This document shows positions 58,510-64,000 of a stretch of DNA of 64,000 bases, one piece after another. Made by a program: the position numbers and the translations under genes. Below the pieces are notes generated by a model that saw only the letters and a program-made list of their open reading frames with translations, was not told the DNA's origin and ran no database searches. Numbering within the stretch: the first letter of the stretch is position 1; each line of letters begins with the position of its first letter. The DNA is from Faecousia sp. Its GTDB lineage: Bacteria; Bacillota; Clostridia; Oscillospirales; Oscillospiraceae. Where the stretch lies: NCBI GenBank assembly GCA_045541155.1, contig JAZQIN010000017.1, forward strand, positions 12,798 to 76,797, read 5' to 3'.

Positions 58510-59562
58510 ATGGCTGAAGCATATCAGGATCGGGTAGTTAAGATTAAGGTTATCGGTGTCGGTGGTGCCGGCAACAACGTTATCAATCGCATGATCGAAT
58601 CCGGCGTGGAGGGCGTTGACTTTGTGGTTGTCAATACCGATAAGCAGGATCTCAATAAGTCCATCTGCAAGAATAAGCTGCAGATTGGTGAGAAGCTGAC
58701 CAACGGCATGGGTGCCGGCTCCAAGCCCGAAGTGGGTAAGAAGTCTGCTGAGGAGTCTCGTGCCATCATCTCTAAGTGCCTCGAAGGTACCGACATGGTG
58801 TTCATCACTGCCGGTATGGGCGGCGGCACTGGTACCGGTGCGGCGCCCATCGTCGCTGATTTGGCTCACGAGGCTGGTATTCTGACCGTTGGTGTTGTTA
58901 CCACTCCCTTCAAGTTTGAGGGTGCCAACCGTATGCGTCAGGCTGAGGCCGGTATTGCTGCGCTGTCCAGCAAGGTCGACTCTCTGATTGTCATTCCCAA
59001 CGATCGCCTGAAGTATGTCACCGATCAGAAGATTACCTTTGCCAATGCATTCGGTATTGCGGATGATGTGCTGAAGATGGCAGTGACTTCCATCTCTGAG
59101 CTGGTTGGTTTCTCCGATCGGGTCATTATCAACCTGGACTTCGCTGACGTTTCCGCCGTCATGAAGGATGCGGGCCGTGCCCATATGGGTCTGGGTGTCG
59201 CCTCCGGTCGTGAGAAAGCTGAGCAGGCTGCTATGGCAGCTGTGGCTAGTCCGCTGCTGGAAACCTCCATCAATGGCGCTACCGGTGTTTTGGTCAACGT
59301 GACCGGCTCTGCTGAGCTGACGCTGGACGATGTGGAGACCGCTGCTGGCATTGTGCAGGAGGCTGCAAATCCCGATGCCAACATCATCTTCGGTGCAACC
59401 TATTCCGATGAGTTTGAGGACGAGATGCGTGTTACCGTTATCGCCACCGGCTTTGAGCAGAGAGGTGAGGCGGAGGCTCCCCGGGCTGCTTCCAGCTCCG
59501 CTTATCCCAGTGCCCCCAAGAGCACCGCGGATGAGGATATCTTCGCTATTTTTAAGCGCTGA
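58510..59562 (+). CDS. ftsZ: Cell division protein FtsZ
   Basis: GVGGAGNN, GGGTGTG, NLDFADV, VTVIATG. Confidence 0.98.
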   Translation: MAEAYQDRVVKIKVIGVGGAGNNVINRMIESGVEGVDFVVVNTDKQDLNKSICKNKLQIGEKLTNGMGAGSKPEVGKKSAEESRAIISKCLEGTDMVFITAGMGGGTGTGAAPIVADLAHEAGILTVGVVTTPFKFEGANRMRQAEAGIAALSSKVDSLIVIPNDRLKYVTDQKITFANAFGIADDVLKMAVTSISELVGFSDRVIINLDFADVSAVMKDAGRAHMGLGVASGREKAEQAAMAAVASPLLETSINGATGVLVNVTGSAELTLDDVETAAGIVQEAANPDANIIFGATYSDEFEDEMRVTVIATGFEQRGEAEAPRAASSSAYPSAPKSTADEDIFAIFKR

Positions 59563-59576
59563 TTCTTGATATTCCT

Positions 59577-59608
59577 GCATCCCGGACTCATGTCCGGGAT
59601 GCTTTTTT
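59577..59608 (+). terminator. Terminator after ftsZ
   Basis: GCATCCCGGAC-4-GTCCGGGATGC TTTTTT. Confidence 0.85.
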
Positions 59609-59623
59609 CGTGGAGGTATCGTA

Positions 59624-60373
59624 ATGGATGCATACCATGCTCTGGCTGTCAGCTATGATCGGCTGACCAATGATGTAGATTATCGTAAAACGGTGGATTT
59701 TTATTATCAAATCCTTCAGAAGGAGGGGATTAGCCCACGCACTGCGGTGGATTTGGCTTGTGGAACCGGGTCTGTGGCGCTTCTACTGGCGCAGGAGGGG
59801 GTGTCCGTCACAGCTGTGGATATGTCCCCGGAGATGCTCACCGTGGCACAGCAGAAGGCACAGGATTTGCCGCATCCGCCAATTTTTGTGTGCCAGCCTT
59901 TGCAGGCGCTTCATTTGCCGAGAGGGGTGGATTTGGCGGTCTGTGCGTTGGATAGTCTGGATTATATTACGAATCCGTCGGAGTGCCAAGAAGCGATTCG
60001 AAGGATTTATCAGTGTTTGAACCCGGGTGGTATCTTCATTTTTGATGTGAATACACCAGAAAAGCTCTGGGCGATGGATGGACAGGTGTTCCTTGATGAG
60101 GATGACGATGTCTATTGCGTCTGGCGTGGGGAATTTGACCAGCGGACCAATATCTGTTCCTATGGTATGGATTTGTTCCAGCGTCAGGGGAAGATGTGGC
60201 AGCGCAGCTTCGAGGAACATCGAGAGTATGCCTATTCTCAGGCGCAGCTGACGGATTATTTGAAGCAGGCAGGCTTCATACACATTCGGGTGTATGCAGA
60301 CAGACGTTTTGAGTCGCCGCAGCCCGGAGAACAGCGTATTTATTTCAGTGCAAGGAAGGGTATCAGAAAATGA
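59624..60373 (+). CDS. Class I SAM-dependent methyltransferase (YqeM-like)
   Basis: VDLACGTG, VDMS, LDSLDY, GGIFIFDVN. Confidence 0.85.
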   Translation: MDAYHALAVSYDRLTNDVDYRKTVDFYYQILQKEGISPRTAVDLACGTGSVALLLAQEGVSVTAVDMSPEMLTVAQQKAQDLPHPPIFVCQPLQALHLPRGVDLAVCALDSLDYITNPSECQEAIRRIYQCLNPGGIFIFDVNTPEKLWAMDGQVFLDEDDDVYCVWRGEFDQRTNICSYGMDLFQRQGKMWQRSFEEHREYAYSQAQLTDYLKQAGFIHIRVYADRRFESPQPGEQRIYFSARKGIRK

Positions 60374-61248
60374 GTGATTATTTAGTGCGTGGAATGACCA
60401 TGGATGGTTTCGTGAAGGTGGTGGCCATCCGCTCTACGGAAATGGTTGCAAAGGCTACATCAATCCACAAAACCACTCCCAATGCCTCTGCAGCTTTGGG
60501 CCGTGCTTTGACTGCCGCATCGATGATGGGTAATATGCAGAAGGTGGACAATGGCTCTATGACGCTGCAAATTCGTGGTGGAGGCCCCATTGGCACAATC
60601 ACTTGCGTGTCCGATTCGATTGGAAATGTCCGTGGTGTGGTAACGGAGCCGTGTGTACCTCTGGTTGAGAAATACCCCGGAAAGCTGGATGTGGGGGCGA
60701 CTGTGGGCACCGACGGCACATTGACAGTCATCCGTGACTTGCAAATGAAGGAACCATATATTGGCTCTACGCCGCTGGTAACCGGTGAAATTGGCGATGA
60801 TGTGACCGCTTATTTTGCCCAGAGCGAGCAGACGCCTACCGCTTGTGCACTGGGTGTTCTGATTGATCGAGATCAGTCGGTGAAGGTGGCCGGCGGCTAT
60901 TTGCTTCAGTTGTTGCCTGGTGCCCCAGAGGAGGTCATTGAGACGCTGGAAAGAGGCATACAGCGAGCCGGAGCGGTGACCACGATGCTGGATAACGGCA
61001 TGACTCCTGAGGATATTCTGGGGCAGGTGTGCGGTGATCTTGGGGTTGTGTTCATGGAGACGACGGAAGTTGCCTACAAGTGCTATTGCAGCCGCGAGCG
61101 TGTTGCAGCTGCCTTAATCAGTCTGGGAAAGGCGGAGTTGACGCAAATCATGGAGGAAGGGGAAACGTTCCCGGTGGAGTGCCAGTTTTGTGATGCCGTG
61201 TATCGCTTCACACCGGAAGATGTAGCAAAATTGTTGGAAAAGATTTGA
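60370..61248 (+). CDS. hslO: Hsp33 redox-regulated chaperone
   Basis: ALGRALT, YFAQSEQ, CYC...CQFC. Confidence 0.95.
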   Translation: MSDYLVRGMTMDGFVKVVAIRSTEMVAKATSIHKTTPNASAALGRALTAASMMGNMQKVDNGSMTLQIRGGGPIGTITCVSDSIGNVRGVVTEPCVPLVEKYPGKLDVGATVGTDGTLTVIRDLQMKEPYIGSTPLVTGEIGDDVTAYFAQSEQTPTACALGVLIDRDQSVKVAGGYLLQLLPGAPEEVIETLERGIQRAGAVTTMLDNGMTPEDILGQVCGDLGVVFMETTEVAYKCYCSRERVAAALISLGKAELTQIMEEGETFPVECQFCDAVYRFTPEDVAKLLEKI

Positions 61249-61322
61249 TTTATTCAAGAATTTGCGGCAATGTGAAGAAAATAGATAGCCAAATGTTTTT
61301 GCAATAAAAATGAAAAAAATGC

Positions 61323-61351
61323 TTGACAAATAGCTGTCTCGCGTGTATAAT
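61323..61351 (+). promoter_or_regulatory. sigmaA promoter of tRNA operon
   Basis: TTGACA-17-TATAAT with upstream A-tracts. Confidence 0.85.
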
Positions 61352-61402
61352 GTGTCATGTCGCTGAGGTGAGCGCCCACAGAAATGCCTGAGCGATTGGT
61401 AG

Positions 61403-61478
61403 GGGAGCATAGCTCAGCTGGGAGAGCACATGCCTTACAAGCATGGGGTCACAGGTTCGAGCCCTGTTGTTCCCACCA
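61403..61478 (+). tRNA. tRNA-Val(TAC)
   Basis: Cloverleaf, CATGC-CTTACAA-GCATG, CCA. Confidence 0.95.
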
Positions 61479-61486
61479 CACAATTT

Positions 61487-61563
61487 GGCCCTGTGGTGCA
61501 GTCGGTTAGCACGCCAGCCTGTCACGCTGGAGGTCGACGGTTCGAGTCCGTTCGGGGTCGCCA
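61487..61563 (+). tRNA. tRNA-Asp(GTC)
   Basis: Cloverleaf, CCAGC-CTGTCAC-GCTGG, GCCA. Confidence 0.95.
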
Positions 61564-61600
61564 TATCGCATCTGTGGAGAGCGAGAGCTCTCCACGATAC

Positions 61601-61676
<76 letters not shown>

Positions 61677-61699
61677 CGGTTCCCTTGCGGAACCGAGAT

Positions 61700-61775
61700 G
61701 CGGGTGTAGCTCATCCGGTAGAGCGCCACCTTGCCAAGGTGGAGGTAGCGAGTTCGAGCCTCGTCACCCGCTCCA
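61700..61775 (+). tRNA. tRNA-Gly(GCC)
   Basis: Cloverleaf, CCACC-TTGCCAA-GGTGG, TCCA. Confidence 0.95.
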
Positions 61776-61812
61776 AAATGATAAGGAACGCAAAGCGTTC
61801 CTTATTTCATAT

Positions 61813-61887
61813 GGTACCGTGGCCAAGCGGTAAGGCAAGAGTCTGCAAAACTCTCATTCCCCAGTTCAAATCTGGGCGGTACCTCCA
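61813..61887 (+). tRNA. tRNA-Cys(GCA)
   Basis: Cloverleaf, AGAGT-CTGCAAA-ACTCT, TCCA. Confidence 0.95.
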
Positions 61888-61927
61888 GAAAAAGAAAAGA
61901 CACGCAATAAGCGTGTCTTTTCTTTTT
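61888..61927 (+). terminator. Terminator of tRNA operon
   Basis: AAAAAGAAAAGACACGC-5-GCGTGTCTTTTCTTTTT. Confidence 0.88.
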
Positions 61928-61931
61928 CAAC

Positions 61932-62096
61932 TAAATCCGTCCTGACGGACGGGATAAATCCATCTTCGATGGGTGAAATCACTTCGTGGTGAAATCCGAC
62001 TGCGTCGGGTTATGGGACGGATTTAATTTCATCTGCGAAGCAGATTTCATCCAAACTTTGTTTGGATTTCACCGTGAGCAAAGCGAACGATCTCAT
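61932..62096. repeat. Array of about 7 short hairpin modules (AAATC-hairpin then hairpin-GATTTC)
   Basis: Roughly 17-24 nt units with variable stems and constant linkers; orientation inverts near 62015-62030. Confidence 0.7.
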
Positions 62097-62186
62097 CGAG
62101 ATCATGGACCTTTATCGGTTTGCGCTTTCGGAGCATCAGCCCAGAATGATCGACACGCTTTTACTCATTGTTATTTGGTTAGCCAG

Positions 62187-62293
62187 GTCATCCTGAGCGA
62201 GCGAAGCGAGTCGAAGGATCCTTGCACCGGGGCTACCGTTATGGTCACCCCAATGCACAGGTCCTTCGTCAGCATTCGCCTCCTCAGGATGAC
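62187..62293. repeat. REP/REPIN-like inverted repeat element
   Basis: GTCATCCTGAG...CGAAGGA at the left and TCCTTCG...CTCAGGATGAC at the right. Confidence 0.7.
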
Positions 62294-62395
62294 AATTTTT
62301 TTGGTTCTTTAGAAAGCAATAGGTAGTTGTGAGTCGGATATATTGACATGGAGAGGAAGAAAATGGTATACTGATAGCAGAAAGGAGGGATAGAT

Positions 62396-62815
62396 ATGAG
62401 GAAGATCTACCCAAAGATCTCTGCGATCGTCGCGATGCTCATGACTATTTTGAGCTTTGGCTTATTGGCCGCTTCCGGTGCGTTTTTGGGGGTCGAGACA
62501 CCACCTGAAAGTGCGTACAGTGCTTCTTCTGTTTTCTGGATCTATGCTGTATTGGTTTCTTTGCTGAGTTTGCATTTCTATACCATCGATGGTATCGTTT
62601 CAGCGGTGAACGCGATCAGGAAGGTCGATCCCGTATTCAACTGCGTGCTTGCAGTCGTTCTTTTCGTTGGCATCCCCTTGTGCATCCATGTTGGCGGCAG
62701 ACCTGGTATCAATAGCATCATCTGGTTTTCTTATTATCTGGGGATGTTCATCCTGGAGCTCGTGTCTATCATCCGACTCATCAAAATGCGGGACCCAGAT
62801 GACCCAAAGGAGTGA
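62396..62815 (+). CDS. Hypothetical membrane protein, about 4 TM
   Basis: AAAGGAGG RBS, TTGACA-17-TATACT promoter at about 62343-62371, hydrophobic helices. Confidence 0.75.
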   Translation: MRKIYPKISAIVAMLMTILSFGLLAASGAFLGVETPPESAYSASSVFWIYAVLVSLLSLHFYTIDGIVSAVNAIRKVDPVFNCVLAVVLFVGIPLCIHVGGRPGINSIIWFSYYLGMFILELVSIIRLIKMRDPDDPKE

Positions 62816-62820
62816 TACTT

Positions 62821-63213
62821 ATGGCAGGACGAAAGACAGAACTCAAATACATCGAGCTGAAGAGTGGATACGGCGATGACGGTCCTGCGTGGATCGGGAG
62901 GGTGATGCTTTCGAGATCCGGCAGGATGGTTTATTTCAACGACCATGGGTTCCTGCGAGATAACGGCATCAGTGGGAACTACTACGATGTGGAGACAGGG
63001 GAGGAGTACTGGATCTCCTCCGTCAAAAAGAATGGGCATGACCGTCATTGGGCCGGTCGGGGGAAGGTCTGTATCGCCTCGGACGCGGTGGAGGAGTATC
63101 TTGCGATCACGGGCAGTGAGACGCTGGATCTGAAGCGGTTTTTCGTTGCGGATATCCCTGTGGCGTATCCGGTCGAGAGGATCGGGCTGCTCATGAACAG
63201 CGGTTTGGAATGA
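62821..63213 (+). CDS. Conserved-looking hypothetical protein
   Basis: AAGGAG RBS; YIELKSG..D.GPAWIG, GNYYDVETGEEYWIS, DRHWAG. Confidence 0.75.
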   Translation: MAGRKTELKYIELKSGYGDDGPAWIGRVMLSRSGRMVYFNDHGFLRDNGISGNYYDVETGEEYWISSVKKNGHDRHWAGRGKVCIASDAVEEYLAITGSETLDLKRFFVADIPVAYPVERIGLLMNSGLE

Positions 63214-63495
63214 TCGTCGGGAGCATGTTGCCGGACAGGCGATACGCTCCCGATGGTCATCTCCAGCTCTCCATATACGACGGGGAGATCGTCACGGGGA
63301 TATCAGAAACGGGAGACAGCCACCAATGGCGTTCATTTGTGTGCCTCCGGTGTGCGCACAAACGGGATATCAGAGGGCGTGTCTTTGAGTGGGGGCATAT
63401 GTTCACGCAGCGGGAACAAGTGCTATTTTAGACCGAAAGGAAATGAGGTTTTTCTCGTTTTAGATGAAAAATTTGGACTTTTTTCAAAATAGTAG

Positions 63496-63524
63496 TTGCT
63501 ATTTCAGGAAAGTGGTGTTACAAT
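63496..63524 (+). promoter_or_regulatory. sigmaA promoter of the secreted repeat protein
   Basis: TTGCTA-17-TACAAT with extended TG. Confidence 0.55.
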
Positions 63525-63621
63525 ATCTTGGGTTGAGGTACCGGGTGTCGCGGACGGATCGTTCTGTGTCGTTCGGTATGCTCTACACGAATCAAAAAAA
63601 TCAAAAAAGGAGTGCAATGAA

Positions 63622-64000
63622 ATGAAGAAGACCCTGATGCTGATCATGGCTCTGTGCCTGATCGTCGCCCTGATGACCGTCTCTGCTTTCGCCGCTGAGG
63701 CTGTCATCGAAGAAGGCACCGGCCACGAGCTGGTGTTCACCGAGGCTGTTGAGGCTGGCTGCTGCTCCAACGGCATGATGGCTTACTACTACTGCGCTGA
63801 GTGTGATGTCTACTACGACGAGACCATGATGCTCACCAATGTCAAGAACCTGGTGATCGTCAACGCCAACGAGCTGACCTATGTCGAGGGCTACGAGGCT
63901 ACCTGCCACGGTATGGGCCTGCAGGAGCATATGTTCTGCGAGGAGTGCGGCGCTCACTACACCATGGACGGCCTGAACACCAATGCTATGAGCGTGATCA
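63622..64000 (+). CDS. Secreted protein with Cys/His-rich 48-aa repeats; truncated by window end
   Basis: Not in the ORF track. AAGGAG RBS, signal peptide MKKTLMLIMALCLIVALMTVSAFA, repeats GCCSNG..YYYCAEC and TCHGMG..HMFCEEC; frame open to the end. Confidence 0.85.
   Translation, partial: MKKTLMLIMALCLIVALMTVSAFAAEAVIEEGTGHELVFTEAVEAGCCSNGMMAYYYCAECDVYYDETMMLTNVKNLVIVNANELTYVEGYEATCHGMGLQEHMFCEECGAHYTMDGLNTNAMSVI

Noticed and set aside
61932-62096. Possible CRISPR array
   Set aside because: Units are about 20 nt, linkers only 5-8 nt, variable parts are palindromic, polarity inverts, and no cas genes are present
61986-62414. ORFs 61986-62312, 62136-62414, 61355-61729, 61685-61945 and 9115-9393
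   Set aside because: They overlap tRNAs or palindromic repeats and lack coding signals
63210-63492. Short ORFs 63210-63431 and 63253-63492
   Set aside because: No convincing RBS or motif; could be a gene remnant but unsupported

Overview
Mostly core chromosome of a spore-forming Bacillota/Clostridia bacterium. Gene order and style suggest Oscillospiraceae, which is an inference. Content in order: partial secreted PIG-L-like protein, mutY-hisJ-like pair, yfhO, tex, stand-alone E2-like protein, tRNA-Ala with two small repeat elements, AGCS symporter, CdaR regulator, acyltransferase, amino-acid ABC transporter, ktr/trk, trmH-like, dprA-topA-trmFO-plsX-rnc, an inserted membrane protein, smc-ftsY-rdgB-yhbY-nadD/yqeK-rsfS-leuS, rpsU, yqeG-pepP-efp, spmAB, abrB, rsmI, ferredoxin, a ClpC paralogue, the dcw cluster, hslO, five tRNAs, hairpin repeats and accessory ORFs. 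I found no CRISPR array, prophage, integrase, transposase or defence system, and cannot claim a clearly new multi-gene system. Best leads: (1) a ClpC paralogue lacking both phosphoarginine-binding glutamates, behind a sigmaF-like promoter; (2) an unannotated GH18-like gene behind a near-consensus sigmaE promoter; (3) four non-coding repeat elements beside tRNA genes; (4) proteins with altered catalytic motifs (PIG-L, E2-like, LeuRS KMGKR); (5) a secreted Cys/His repeat protein with a structured leader.
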